This document shows positions 1-13,599 of a stretch of DNA of 64,000 nt, one piece after another. The notes beneath the pieces are model-generated. The model was given only the letters and a program-made list of their open reading frames with translations, was not told the DNA's origin and searched no databases. The stretch is from positions 30,070,001-30,134,000 of the forward strand of contig NC_042997.1 of NCBI RefSeq assembly GCF_006345805.1. The letters are read 5' to 3'. Made by a program: the position numbers and the translations under genes. The stretch comes from Octopus sinensis. Lineage: Eukaryota. Each line of letters opens with the position of its first letter. Positions within the stretch are counted from its first letter, which is position 1.

Positions 1-590
1 TGCTCCTATATATATATATATAGCACACTCTAAGACATAGAGCAGTAATGTATTTATATGCAGTTAATTATATATTCAGTCATAGAGTGACCAATGGTTT
101 CGCATCCATAAAGGGCTTGGCTCTCTGAATAACTCCTCAAACTCTAAAGCCGAAGGTATATAGCTCCTCCGCATTGGGAGTAGACATCCGTTAATCAGTT
201 AGTTAGTCAGTAAACAAAGAATAAATAATCCGGCTCAGCGAGGACAGATTATCTCCCTTAGACCAGTATATATAAGCCAAAACGGTGACCGAGGAACTCC
301 GTCTTTAGGTTGCTTTTAGTTCGTAAGGACCTTTTCGGATCTAATCGATGAATGGGGAATCCCATGCTTGAAACAGGTAGCGTTTGAAATAGATGCAGGC
401 GCTGCAAATTTCTTGCCGGAAATTCAATAATTCCGATTCCAGAGAGACTTTGAGGATCCTTGCTCGCTCAGTTATGCAAGCTTAAAATGATTATATCCCA
501 TATAATTTCTTGAAATCTGGAAGAGGGCAATAAAGGGGCTGAAACATCCAGTTATTCAAAATTTTATAAACACTAGACTGCTTGCATATG

Positions 591-962
591 GAAGCACTCC
601 GTCGGTTACGACGACGAGGGTTCCGGTTGATTCGAATCAACGGAACAGCCTGCTCGTGAAATTAACGTGTAAGTGGCTGAACACTCCACAGACACGTGCA
701 CCCTTAACGTAGTTCTCGGGGATATTCAGCGTGACACAGAGAGTGACAAGGCCGGCCCCTTGAAATACAGGTACAACAGAAACAGGAAGTAAGAGTGAGA
801 GAAAGTTGTGGTGAAAAAGTACAACAGGGGTCGCTACCACCCCTTGCCGGAGCCTCGTAGAGCTTTAGGTGTTTTCGCTCAATAAACACTCACAACGCCC
901 GGTCTGGGAATCGAAACCACGATCCTATGACCGCGAGTCCGCTGCCCTAACCACTGGGCCAT
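591..962 (-). mobile_element. tRNA-derived SINE, family A (5' head slightly truncated)
   Basis: Reverse complement is near-identical to 56719-57102; tRNA-like head with A-box (CCCAGTGGTTAGG) and B-box-like GGTTTCGATTCC. Confidence 0.85.
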
Positions 963-1288
963 ATGCTACGTTTTACGAATATATTAGTGAAGTCACTTAA
1001 ATATTAAGTGTTGTGCACGTGGTAATTGAACGAATGTATGACATTTTTAAATATCGATAAGTTGACAAATATTTTTGAATACAAGTTTTTACGTTTTTTC
1101 CTTTTTTCAAGTAATTAACTGAATAATCAGCAGCGTCAAATTCAGAATTAAAAATCAGAAGACTTACACTACCAATGTGTGTATGTGCGTGTGTACGTGC
1201 GTGCGTGCGCGTGGGTGTGTGTGGATGTATGCATGCATGATTTTATATATGCGTGTGGTAGATAGACAGATAAAGAGAGAGATAAAGA

Positions 1289-1521
1289 AGGCGGCGAGCT
1301 GGCAGTAAAGGTTTGCACGTCGGGCGAAATGCTTTGCGGTATTTCGTCTGCCGTTACGTTCTGAGTTCAAATTCCGCCGAGGTCGACTTTGCCTTTCATC
1401 CTTTCGGGGTCGATAAATTAAGTACCAGTTACGCACTGGGGTCGATGTAATCGACTTAATACCTATGTCTGTCCTTGTTTGTTCCCTCTATGTTTAGCCC
1501 CTTGTGGGTAATAAAGAAATA
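1289..1521 (+). mobile_element. tRNA-derived SINE, family B (tail A), full length
   Basis: Head AGGCGGCGAGCTGGCAG, B-box GAGTTCAAATTCC, core GTCGACTTTGCCTTTCATCCTTTCGGGGTCG, tail GCCCCTTGTGGGTAATAAAGAAATA; GATAAAGA repeated on both sides (possible TSD); more than 10 related copies in the window. Confidence 0.85.
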
Positions 1522-1770
1522 GATAAAGAGAGAGAGAGAGAGAGTGTGTGTGAGAGAGAGAGAGGGGGAGAGGGGGGAAGCATGAGAAAGACTGGCTAAG
1601 GAGGCTGGATGCTGTAAATTAATGTCCCTGACAGCCTGAATTTAATTTTACTATCCATTTAAATGCTCCATTGTTTTCATTAACCCTTCTTTAACATAAT
1701 TAACTTAATTTAACAATAAAACAAAACGTATGTGCGTGTGTGCGTGTGTGCGTGTGTGTGTGTGTGCGTG

Positions 1771-2337
1771 TAAAGAAAACAGAGAATGGAGATAATATTG
1801 GTGAACAACAGTTAATTTGCATCAATTATTATTTATTAATTATTTACAAAAAGACTGCATCCCATCTCCCTAGGGTGATGCACACGCAACATGTCTTGAT
1901 TCTCATCATTTTTCAGCCTTTTCTACTTCTCTTCTTGTGTCTTCTTTTTATTTATTTATCTATTTTCCACTCTGAAGAATCTCCTTGTTTCAAATCGGTT
2001 TTACTACCAACTATGATACGTATATATTTTTAGTATAATAATAGTGATACCAAAGAGCATTGGCAGCAGAAACAGCTGTAAGATTGGGTGCAGTCTTTTT
2101 GAAAATAATAAATAAATAATAATTGATACAAATCAATTGCTGTTCATGAATATCATTTCCATTTTCTGTGTTCTTTAAATTTTGATTCCTGCTAAACTCC
2201 TGTTTATCCCTGTCTTTACTTATAATTTATGACCATAGCATGATTGCCCATGTTCAAATATAGGTAATATACCGGTAGTATAATGAATATTTTTATCCCT
2301 TAAACGGTTATTTTAACTTCTTACTCAACTAACCTAT
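1771..2337. mobile_element. Non-autonomous element with ~95-bp inverted repeats plus a 3' extension (copy 1)
   Basis: TAAAGAAAACAGAGAATGGAG (1771) pairs with TTCCATTTTCTGTGTTCTTTA (2177); both arms and the following ~160 bp are shared with 49283-49600. Confidence 0.6.
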
Positions 2338-2413
2338 ACACACACACACGCACACATATATATTTATACACAGACACACACACACACACACACACGCACA
2401 CATATATATTTAT

Positions 2414-2448
<35 letters not shown>

Positions 2449-2572
2449 CTATGCTTCATACTACATGCATTATAAGCGCTACTAATAGTTTCACGTTCAT
2501 AAGTACGTTCATCAGGCGTTGATTCGAATCTAGGTGTACACGACTCTATTAGTAGCGTATATAATGTGTATA

Positions 2573-2742
2573 TATTTCTTTACTACCCACAAGGGGCTAA
2601 ACACAGAGGGGACAAACAAGGACAGACAAAGGCACTTAATTTATCGACCCCGAAAGGATGAAAGGCAAAATCGACCTCGGCGGAATTTGAACTCGGAACG
2701 TAACGACAGACGAAATACGGCGTGCTAACGTTTCTGCCAGCT
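2573..2742 (-). mobile_element. SINE family B, internally deleted copy
   Basis: Matches family B tail and core with two internal deletions. Confidence 0.75.
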
Positions 2743-2956
2743 ATGCGTATAGCATGAAGCATTTATAGTAATATTATAATCTCATTAGATGGAGTACTCT
2801 CCTTATTAGTTTTTACACAAATTAATTCCGTATATATATAAACACGCACACACACACAATCATATACATACTATTACACATATACCCACTATTTGCGTAG
2901 TACTTTTCTTATGTTTGTGTACCAATGTTACTGTGCGTATATGTGCTTGTTTTATA

Positions 2957-3174
2957 CTCTTTTACTTGTTTCAGTCATATGACTGCGGCCATGCTGGAGC
3001 ACCGCCTTTTAGTCGAGAAAATCGACCCCGGGACTTATTCTTTTTAAGTCGACTACTTATTCTATAGGTCTCTTTTGCCGAACTGCTAAGTGACGGGGAC
3101 GTAAACACACCAGCATCGGTTGTCAAGCAATGCTAAGGGGGACAAACACAGACACACAAACATATACACACACT

Positions 3175-3230
<56 letters not shown>

Positions 3231-3403
3231 CATATATACGACAGGCTTCTTTCAGTTTCCGTCTACCAAATCCACTCACAAGGCATTGGTCAGCCCGGGG
3301 CTATAGCAGAAGACACTTGCCGAAGATGCCACGCAGTGGGACTGAACCCGGAACCATGTGGTTGGTAAGCAAGCTACTTACCACACAGCCACTCCTGCGC
3401 CTA
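2957..3403 (-). mobile_element. CORE-like tRNA SINE, family C, with internal (TA)n
   Basis: Near-identical to 24101-24543 (+) and three other full copies; tRNA-like head; CCTTGGGCAAGT motif resembling the CORE-SINE domain; tail GGCGGTGCTCCAGCATGGCCGCAGTC. Confidence 0.85.
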
Positions 3404-3906
3404 TGTTCATATGTCTGTATTCATATCATTGTATGTTAAATATAAGCATGAAACTAACTCTGATGCTGGAGGAAGAACAAAAGGAATAAATACAGGTGAA
3501 AGCCCAATGTATTTTTTTATATTTCATATACAGAACAGTTTTTGTTTCTTTTGTGAGTGTATTACGATGATGCCTTAATATCTGTCATTATTTGTCTCAA
3601 AGATGTTATTTTTCTATCAGACATATTCTTCTTCTTTACAGAGTTTATATTTATCATACTATTCTGGGCGGTTAGTGAAAATCGTGTGTCACCAAGCAAT
3701 TTGTTTTAACGGCACCCGCCTTTATACATTTTATTTTTTATGTATTTTCTTATTGATTTCATGGGTCACTGCCTGCAACTCTCTACGATGGAATCCAAAC
3801 ATCTTTATCCAGAGACTTCCTAATTTTTTTGCGTTGTATACTTTTTAAATAAATATAGAAAATCAGGACATGAGACAGAGAATGCTGTAAGAAAAGAAGA
3901 CAGTTA

Positions 3907-4310
3907 AGTAGGTGAAGAAGAAGAAGAAGAAGAAGAAGAAGAAGGAGGAGGAGGAGGAGGCGGAGGAGAAGAAGAAGGGGATAAGAAGAAGAAGAAGACG
4001 AAGAAGAAGAGGAATAAGAAGATGATGAAGAAGAAGAGGAATAAGAAGATGAAGAAGAAGAAGAGGAAGAAGAAGAGGAATAAGAAGATGAAGAAGAAGA
4101 AGAGGAATAAGAAGATGAAGAAGAAGAAGAAGAAGAAGAGGAATAAGAAGATGAAGAAGAAGAAGAAGAAGAAGAAGAAGAGGAATAAGAAGATGAAGAA
4201 GAAGATGAAGAAGAAGAAGAGGAATAAGAAGATGAAGAAGAAGAAGAGGAATAAGAAGATGAAGAAGAAGAAGAAGAAGAAGAAGAAGAAGAAAAGAAGA
4301 AGAAGAAGTT
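3907..4310 (+). repeat. Compound (GAA)n/(GAG)n purine microsatellite with a higher-order GAT...GAGGAATAA pattern
   Basis: Directly visible. Confidence 0.95.
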
Positions 4311-5060
4311 GTTGTTCAAATGCAACGACAGCTACAACGCAGATAACTACAACAATATCAATGCGTAGGGCGCACCGAGGGAGTCTGGAAGGTGTTCGAC
4401 ATAATAGTTGAGAGGCTGAGAGAAGACGTCATAGTAGCAATAGAGGAGACAAATAAGTGAAATGGGAACTCTGTTTCCTTTTATGGTGGTTTGTATTATG
4501 TTGATTGAATCTTTACTAGCAGTTGAATATTCCGGTTTCTTTCGTTTGCTTGTTTTTATATTTGTGTCAAAATATATAGTTTTCTATACTAATATGTATA
4601 ACAGCAGAGCTCTCCCAGAAATGTAAGTAGCCCATCTATAAGAATTGCTCTTAGGCTTTGTTGAGGAAGATTTTCCGGTTTCCCTTCTTTTACTAATATC
4701 CATTTTGTTTTCTTCCTACATAAAGAGGGTGTATCCTTCTCCAAGGCGGATGAGATTGCTTTGAGATTTTTTTTTTTTTTTAACAGCTCTAAGTCCACGA
4801 CTGCGGCAAATTCAAGAGAGCAGAGCTTAGTGGTTAGGGCGCGACTTGGGGGGAAGACTTAAGATAAGTGATGGTAAGTTAAGTAAATCGGTAGCTGAGG
4901 CTCGTGAGTAGTCAAATCAGATCAGAGAATATTGGAGGTACGGTAGAAAAGTTAGAGTGATGTGAAAAGAGAGTGCATTTTTGGGTCAATCACGAGGTGA
5001 AATATTTTCTGATCTTGAAAAGAAATCTTAGGCAAAGCAAATTATACGTATAAATATACC

Positions 5061-5305
5061 TATTTCTTTACTACCCACAAGGGGCTAAATACAGAGAGGA
5101 CAAACAAGGAGAGACAAACGGATTAAGTCGATTATATCGACCCCAGTACATAACTGGTACTTATTTAATCGACCCCGAAAGGATGAAAGGCAAAGTCGAC
5201 CTCGGCGGAATTTCAACTCGGAATTTGAACTCGGAACGTAGCAGCAGACGAAATACCGCTAAGCATTTCGCCCGGCGTGCTAACGTTTCTGCCAGCTCGC
5301 CGCCT
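5061..5305 (-). mobile_element. SINE family B, full length, 12-bp TSD
   Basis: TATAAATATACC at 5049-5060 and 5306-5317. Confidence 0.9.
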
Positions 5306-5833
5306 TATAAATATACCGTAAGCGTTCAGTACCGAGTGTGAGGACTTGCAAAAGTTGCTGGTTTTGAGAATTTAGGAAACATTAAGTCAACTAAGCAGAC
5401 TGGCTTCTGTTTGTGGATTCATCTTTATAGTCGCCCTTAAGTCCCAGGTAAACAGTCTAGTGTAAAACAATCAGTAAGTGCTTAAATTATATAAAGAAGA
5501 GAGCATTCGAGTCCTTGTTATGCCTGTTGTTTGTGGTACTGTTTAAATGCAAGTCAATCGACAACAAACCTATGATCAAAGGTGTTCCAGTAGTGACCAG
5601 CCTGTCTTCTTTAGAGTATCTGGAACTACATTACCCTTTTAAGACTAGGAAGTTAATTTTAACAATACTAGGTTTCCTTTTCTGCTAGGTCATGATAAAA
5701 TGTAGAAGTCCCCTTATTTGTCTAGCCTTCGCGGTCAAAAGAGATCGATGGTCTTTCTTGTTTACATAGATATATACAGATGATATCTATATATATATAA
5801 ATATGTGTGTGTGTATGTATATATATATATATA

Positions 5834-5872
<39 letters not shown>

Positions 5873-6793
5873 TCATTGTGCATGTGCGTATATAGACATG
5901 TGTATGAACCCATTTTTGTGCGCGCGTGTGTGTGCGTATATAGACGTGTGTGCGTGCATTCGGGTATGTGCGTATATAGACGTGTTTTGCTCTTATTGCT
6001 TATTTTTTATACTTTTTTATTCTTCTTTACACATTTTTCTGTATTTTGCCTTTAGCCCTGTTTTTCCTTGTGCATGTGCGTCTATAGACGTGTGTACGAA
6101 CCTTTTTTGTGCGCGCGCGCCTGCGTGTGTGCGAGCGTGTATGTGGGTGTGTATATATATTTTAGTGAATGTGTGGGTGAGCATGTGTGTATTTCAAGTG
6201 AGGGCGAATGAGTATATGCATATAGGCGCATGTACGTGAGAGTGCAGGCGCGCATGTCTAGGTATGGACATGCGCGCTTACGCGATTACTTTGAACATTT
6301 TTACTCCCTTACCTTTACTCCCTCCTCTCACCCACCGGTCATTCCAATAGTTTTTTTGTCGTAATAACGGTCAATCACACAGTAATTACCCTTTGTTTAA
6401 CGGTCATTTTCATAGAATTTTTTCGATGGCCGGATAACTAAAGAGGTGGCGGCGTGGGTTTCCGTGCCGTCATATATATATATATATATACAGAGCGACG
6501 GAAATGCATACGCACATGCAATAGCGGCAATCTCCCAAAAGTGACCGTTTTCAGGAAAACAGCGTGTTCAGGTGCATGCTCTTAACAAACAGTCTATAAA
6601 TAATTGTAATGATATGAAAAACAGTTTTGTTATCATATTCCACTGATGAAATTTTGTCATTTTAGTAATAATCAGCTCCTATATATAAGGAATTTAAATA
6701 CTGAAAATGTGAAGTCAACATAAATACAAAATTACATACAATGAAAATGTAGATTAGTTCCTAAAGGATGTAGCACTTGGGCATTAGCAAAGA

Positions 6794-7092
6794 GAGGAGG
6801 TACATGGCCTGGTAGTTAGAGTAGCGGACTTGCAGTCGAGGGATCACAGGTTCGAACCTCAGTCCGGGTGATGTGTGTGTTTATGAGAGAAACACCTAAG
6901 CTCCACGCGGCTGTGGCAGAAGTTAATGCCGAACCTCTGCTGACTCTTTCGCCACAACTTTCACTCTTTCCTCCTGCATCTAGCAGCTCACCTGCGACGG
7001 ACCGGCGTCCCGTCCAGGTGGGGAACCTATACGCCAACGAAACTGGGAAACCGGCCCTTATGAGCCAGGGATGGCTCGAGAAGGAACAAACA
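6794..7092 (+). mobile_element. SINE with family A head and an alternative 3' tail, 11-bp TSD
   Basis: Head and first ~170 bp resemble 56719-56900, then a different tail (CTGCGACGGACCGGCGTCCCGTCCAGG...); ATTAGCAAAGA at 6783-6793 and 7093-7103. Confidence 0.8.
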
Positions 7093-7599
7093 ATTAGCAA
7101 AGAAGCATACAGGTCATGCAAGAAATGAGCAATTTAGATTGATAGGGAGCAGCTACATTATGACTTGACATATAAATCCTAAAATTTAAAAGTCCTTTTA
7201 CTCTTAAAATATAAACTGCCGACAGCAATATATAAACCGTTATATATATATATATAATTTAAAAAAAGTAAGTTTAAAATGTGGATTATCAAATTATATT
7301 AACAAACTCCCCTAACTGGATATGTAAAACCGCCAAACCTTTTAAGTTTTAAACAACAATCAATAACTAATTATCTTAAATCATTTTCATAATACTTAGG
7401 TAAACAAAATCAATTTTTACAATAAGAAATAATAGGGTATCTAATCCTAGTTTATTTTCAAAATTTCAAAGCACTAACAATAAAGAAAAACATAAACAAA
7501 CAAGTCAATTCTAAAAATTTTACCAAAGAACCAACTATAAAATTTTCTTTTAAAAGAAAATTTTGTCTTACTTTACTTTAAACCATAATCTACATACTA

Positions 7600-7915
7600 C
7601 CCAGGAGAGAATGTGTCACCTGATATTGAACGTAGGCTATGCAAAAATCAAATACAAGCTATTAACAATACCAATGATAAATGTGAAAAGTCGCAATCTT
7701 TTTGTTTTCCGGGACTAGAAAATAGAGACATGTTTTTAATGGAAGTCGGTTGTATACTTGATATCAATGTCAACGATGAGTAGCTTGCAAATGTAGTCAC
7801 TGCAATGCATCTTCAGATGGACTGAGCATCAGAACATCCACCATCCTACTTGTGTCAAAATGTGGATGAACTTGATTCGCTGAGAAAAATAGTTGCTCCT
7901 TAATACATGCGTTGT
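7600..7915 (+). mobile_element. Highly degenerate Penelope-like GIY-YIG relic
   Basis: Frameshifted peptides VYLIS... and RWTEHQNI resemble the VY-x-I-x-C and R-x2-EH motifs of PLE endonucleases. Confidence 0.3.
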
Positions 7916-7939
7916 CGTAGTTAAAAAGAAGAATGATGA

Positions 7940-8255
7940 ATGAGAAGAAGAAGAAGAAGAAGAAGAAGAAGAGGAGGAGGAGGAGGAGGAGGAGGAGGAG
8001 GAGGGGGAGGAGAGGAGGAGAGGATGACGACGACGACGACGACGAAGAAGAAGAAGAAGAAGAAGAAGAAGAAGACGATGACGAAGAAGGAGAGGATGAC
8101 GACGACGACGACGAAAAGAAGAAGAAGAAGAAGAAGAAGAAGAAAAAGAAGACGAAGAAGAAAAGAAGAAGAAGAAGAAGAAAAAAGAAAAGAAGAAAAA
8201 AAAGAAGAAGAAAAGTAGAAGAAGAAGAAGAAGAAGAAGAAGAAGAAGAAGAATG
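7940..8255 (+). repeat. (GAA)n/(GAG)n/(GAC)n microsatellite
   Basis: Directly visible. Confidence 0.95.
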
Positions 8256-8507
8256 CAGGGGTTACTGATATGAAGTGTTGGCAGTGGCAGGCAGCAGAAA
8301 TACAGAGAAAAGAAGGGAAGAGACGGACAAACAAACAAGCAAAGGGAAAAAGGAACAAGTGAGAAAGAAATTGACGAAAATGGTTTTGAGAGTGAAAGGT
8401 TTATTGATAGTAAGAGAGAATCTAAAAAAAAAGTCTAGTGTGTCGATGATATGGTTTATCTGCCACCATCATTTATCTACTACTCTTAGAGAATTGAAGT
8501 GAGAAAC

Positions 8508-11500
8508 ATTTCCGGTGATAATTTCGCATGTTGCTGGATGGTTATAATATTAATAGCGTAACTCTTGTTTTACATAGATATAGAACACCAGCCAAAGAAG
8601 TCATAAATTTGGGTGCAAAGATTTTTGTAAGTAAGGGTACGTACTAATTTTTTGTGTTCTCTTTCTGCAGAAAATTCTATAATGGATTGAGTTACTTGAG
8701 AGTATATTAACAGTTATCGTATTTCTTTATTAGGAAGACTGACTAATAGAGTTTGAAATACCAGCTGAAAAGCTGTAGATTGCTAGGGAGAAGAGAGAGG
8801 TTTATATTTTAATGTTTAAGCAAGAAGGAAAGGCAATGGGGACATATTTCAAGGAATGGTAGATTAGTGGAAGAGAGTGGGAAGATATCCTCAGACCGCA
8901 AACCCTGCTCCAATACTTCCTTTAGGCATACTCCGCTAAAAGTAGACAAGGACACCGTGGCTAGAGTTGTAGATTAAGTGGTAGATTAAGACAATTAGAT
9001 GGCAATTAGATGTATATAAAAATGCATAAAAAAAGTACGCAGGTGTAGAAAAGTGTAAACTGAACATTTGAAAATAAAATGTCTGTGAATCCTGTGAAAA
9101 GAAAAACAGAAATGTCAGAAGCACAAGATTGGTGAAAGTTTCACAATATGGTGCTGATGGTAGGATAAAGTTCACGAAAGAGATAAAATAACTGTGATGT
9201 GGTAGTTGGTAAAAGGTCTTAGAAAGTATAACGTGAGTGGTAGTTGTACCTTGACGTAGAAAGTATAACTGTAATGAAAGGTATGCAAAAAAAAAACGTA
9301 ATGCGTCTGCTGATGTCGCCTCCGTCGACGTTCCAGGGTTCTGCCTCAGGGGATTCCCATACAGCACACATGCTTTCTCGCAGATGATAGTCTCTTTAAA
9401 CGTATCTCTTGCAAGTTGCTTCTTTGATCCACAGAAGTAGCAATTTCCCATATCTTCGTGAACAGATGTGCGTTACGTGGAGAGAAACGTGAACTTCACA
9501 ACCGGAGGCTGCGCTTGTTGGGAGAGCGTGTGCGAGCTCGGCGCCCACTAGCGGTCACTTGTATTAAACTTGCTCATACTACCGATTTTCATTTGTACTT
9601 CAAGACAAAATTTCGCGCGTGCTTCGGCTCGTACAGTAAATTACTATTACAATGGCGCACTCGTACTGCGAGGTTCTACTATATTTGAATCCATTTGTAC
9701 TTGGGCATAACAATTCTAATTTTTAAAAATATGTTCCAAACTTGTGGTCACGACTGTGTACATCTATGCATGTTGTATAAAGATAGATAGATATAGAGAT
9801 AGACATATATCTATATGCACATATATACCTGTATCTTATATATTTATTTATACACACACGCTAGCACACACAACACACACATATATATATATATATAATA
9901 AATATATATATATATATACATATATTATACATATAATATATATATATATACATGTATATATATACATATATATATATATATTGGGGCCAGCCAGATTTGA
10001 ACAGTCTGAAGTGCAACCGGCTGAAACTGTAAGGATATCTGGAAACTGACTGATTAGCAAGGCTCGAATGACCAGTCCTTGTCTTTTCCTGTCTGTCTTT
10101 TGTTGTTCTCNNNNNNNNNNNNNNNNNNNNNNNNNNNNNNNNNNNNNNNNNNNNNNNNNNNNNNNNNNNNNNNNNNNNNNNNNNNNNNNNNNNNNNNNNN
10201 NNNNNNNNNNATTTCCGGTGATAATTTCGCATGTTGCTGGATGGTTATAATATTATAGCGTAACTCTTGTTTACATAGATATAGAACACCAGCCAAAGAA
10301 GTCATAAATTTGGGTGCAAAGATTTTTGTAAGTAAGGGTACGTACTAATTTTGTGTTCTCTTTCTGCAGAAAATTCTATAATGGATTGAGTTACTTGAGA
10401 GTATATTAACAGTTATCGTATTTCTTTATTAGGAAGACTGACTAATAGAGTTTGAAATACCAGCTGAAAAGCTGTAGATTGCTAGGGAGAAGAGAGAGGT
10501 TTATATTTTAATGTTTAAGCAAGAAGGAAAGGCAATGGGGACATATTTCAAGGAATGGTAGATTAGTGGAAGAGAGTGGGAAGATATCCTCAGACGCAAA
10601 CCTGCTCCAATACTTCCTTTAGGCATACTCCGCTCTAAAAGTAGACAAGGACACCGTGGGCTAGAGTTGTAGATTAAGTGGTAGATTAAGACAATTAGAT
10701 GGCAATTAGATGTATAAAAAATGCATAAAAAAAGTACGCAGGTGTAGAAAGTGTAACTGAACATTGAAATAAAATGTCTGTGAATCCTGTGAAAGAAAAA
10801 CAGAAATGTCAGAAGCACAAGATTTGGTGAAAGTTTACAATATGGTGCTGATGGTAGGATAAAGTTCACGAAAGAGATAATAACTGTGATGTGTGTAGTT
10901 GGTAAAAATTGTCTTAGAAAGTATAAACTGTGATGTGGTAGTTGGTACACTTGACGTAGAAAGTATAACTGTAATGAAAGGTATGCAAAAAAAAAAACGT
11001 AATGCGTCTGCTGATGTCGCCTCCGTCGACGTTCCAGGGTTCTGCCTCAGGGGATTCCCATACAGCACACATCTTTCTCGCAGATGATAGTCTCTTTAAA
11101 CGTATCTCTTGCAAGTTGCTTCTTTGATCCACAGAAGTAGCAATTTCCCATATCTTGTGAACAGATGTGCGTTACGTGGAGAAGAAAACGTGAACTTCAC
11201 AACCGGAGGCTGCGCTTGTTGGGGAGAGCGTGTGCGAGCTCGGCGCCCACTAGCGGTCACTTGTATTAAACTTGCTCATACTACCGATTTTCATTTGTAC
11301 TTCAAGACAAAATTTCGCGCGTGTTCGGCTCGTACAGTAAATTACTATACAATGGCGCACTCGTACTGCGAGGTTATACTATATGAATCCATTTGTACTT
11401 GGCATAACAATTCTAATTTTTTAAAAATATGTTTCCAAACTTGTGGTCACGACTGTGTACATCTATGCATGTTGTATAAGATAGATAGATATAGAGATAG

Positions 11501-11561
11501 ACATATATCTATATGCACATATATCCTGTATCTAATATATTTATTTATACACACACGCTAG

Positions 11562-11595
<34 letters not shown>

Positions 11596-11614
11596 AATAT
11601 ATAGATGTATATAC

Positions 11615-11649
<35 letters not shown>

Positions 11650-11808
11650 CATGTATATATATATATATATATATATTTGGGGCCAGCCAGATTTGAACAG
11701 TCTGAAGTGCAACCGGCTGAAACTGTAAGGATAATCTGGAAAACTGACTGATTAGCAAGGCTGCGAATGACCAGTCCTTGTTTTTCCTGTCTGTCTTTTG
11801 TTGTTCTC
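8508..11808. other. ~1.6-kb direct duplication (8508-10110 and 10211-11808) flanking a 100-N gap; probable assembly artefact
   Basis: Second copy starts exactly at the gap edge and first copy ends exactly at the gap; differences are mostly 1-bp indels. Confidence 0.85.
10111..10210. other. Assembly gap (100 N)
   Basis: Run of N. Confidence 1.
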
Positions 11809-12631
11809 CCTGTCCGACTTTGTATCGTTTATCTGTTCGGGTGATTTATTCTTGTCTGTTGCGTTCTTGTTTCCATTTTGGGGATTTAAATATATATATA
11901 TATATCTATATATTATATATATATATTTACATAATCACACACGTTTGCACATATATCTATGTGCCTGTGCGCTTATGTGTATTCATGCACAAATGTAACA
12001 TAAAGAGGGAGAAAAAAGTCAATGGAGGACTAAACGGGTTGAAATTACCACGAAAATTTCATAAATTTTCATTAGTGATAAGCAGAGACGGGACCTGAGA
12101 AGTGAATTATGACCTGACTAGATATGTTCACATCTTTGATAACTTCTACTAGATACTAAGCTATAAAGCCAGTGCACTTTAGGAATTAGATAACTGTTAA
12201 ATTGATAAGAGCAGAAAGCAAAAACTAAATAAATAAATAAACTAAGAAATAAGGTGTTCATAAACCTTTTTATCGTTGGATATCAAGCTGGCAAGTTGTA
12301 GAAAAAAAATAAAAGAAAACCATATCAATGAAGGGAAGTGTGAGAGGGCGGAGCGGAATGGAATCGAAAGGATGAAAGACTGAGGTGTGAAATTAAACAT
12401 GGATGATAATTTTTAGTGTGTGTAGGAGGGAAAAGAAATAAAGAGTGATGATGCCGAAAAGTTGAAGGAAGTTGGACCAGATGAAGATGTGAAACGAAAA
12501 AAATTCATTATCAGAAAAGATTATCAGAAAGCTTTGAGGCGATATGGTGTTATACACATCACCCACAACAAGTATACATACGCATAGGGACTTAGATATG
12601 TGAGACTCTGCACATATGTAGATATGTATTC

Positions 12632-12677
<46 letters not shown>

Positions 12678-12790
12678 GCTTACGTACGTATGTACATAAA
12701 TAATACAAATACATATTTATATATACAGACATACATACGTACATATATATACATACGTCCACACACACACACACACGCATATATATATAT

Positions 12791-13357
12791 CAAAATCGCG
12801 GCCAAGTATTAAACCTCATCAAGTATTGGTTGACTTTAACGGGCAATTCGTAACATTACTGGAAGCACCAGCGTAGGTCGTATAGTTCATTTTTGCCAGA
12901 CAGTTTATGGTAAATTATGCCAGCTCGGATATAAAGTTCAATATATACATTGGTTCACATATTGGTTTTGGCCATTTTGGGGTACCAACCTCAATAAAAT
13001 CTACCCGTTTACTATTTTAAGCCGGATACTTAATCTCTCATTTTCTGTATTGCTTTCTATATTGTTTTACTGTCTCCATAATTATTTGGTCGCATTCTAC
13101 ACTAAACATCAATTAAGCACATTTACGTATATCGCTGGGATGTAACATACAAATCCCTGACATAACGTATAAGTACCCTACATCAATTGGGGGACTGCAT
13201 AGACAAAGATTGATATAATTCTAACGATATTTAACAATCACAATAATTAAGCTTAAATAAGCAACGTTTATTTATAGGCAACCTTGATAAGCGTGTCCGT
13301 GTGAGCGTGTATGCATGTGTATGTGCATACGTTTTCGTGTATATATATATATTAGAT

Positions 13358-13391
<34 letters not shown>

Positions 13392-13412
13392 ATATATATG
13401 ATATATATATAT

Positions 13413-13466
<54 letters not shown>

Positions 13467-13567
13467 CACATATATATATGTATATTATTTATATATATAT
13501 ATATATCTATATATTATATATATAATATATCTATATATGTATATACCATATATATGTATATGTATAG

Positions 13568-13599
<32 letters not shown>

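Noticed and set aside
1-590. Minus-strand semi-open frame, with YGCET in another frame hinting at an RTE LINE
   Set aside because: Single short motif without other RT motifs; no family can be supported.
3783-4411. Long poly-Ser/Lys ORFs
   Set aside because: Translations of the (GAA)n microsatellite.
6641-6680. CTGATGA hammerhead-like core
   Set aside because: No downstream stem II/GAAA and no stem I pairing.
8620-8672. GTAAGT donor and CTGCAG acceptor about 45 nt apart
   Set aside because: Intron too short and flanking frames show no recognisable protein.
9722-9758. Tc1-like terminus (reverse complement CAGTCGTGACCACAAGTTT)
   Set aside because: No convincing partner TIR or transposase found.
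9995-10040. CTGAAG...GAAACTGTA hammerhead-like string
   Set aside because: A9 replaced by T and stem I does not pair.
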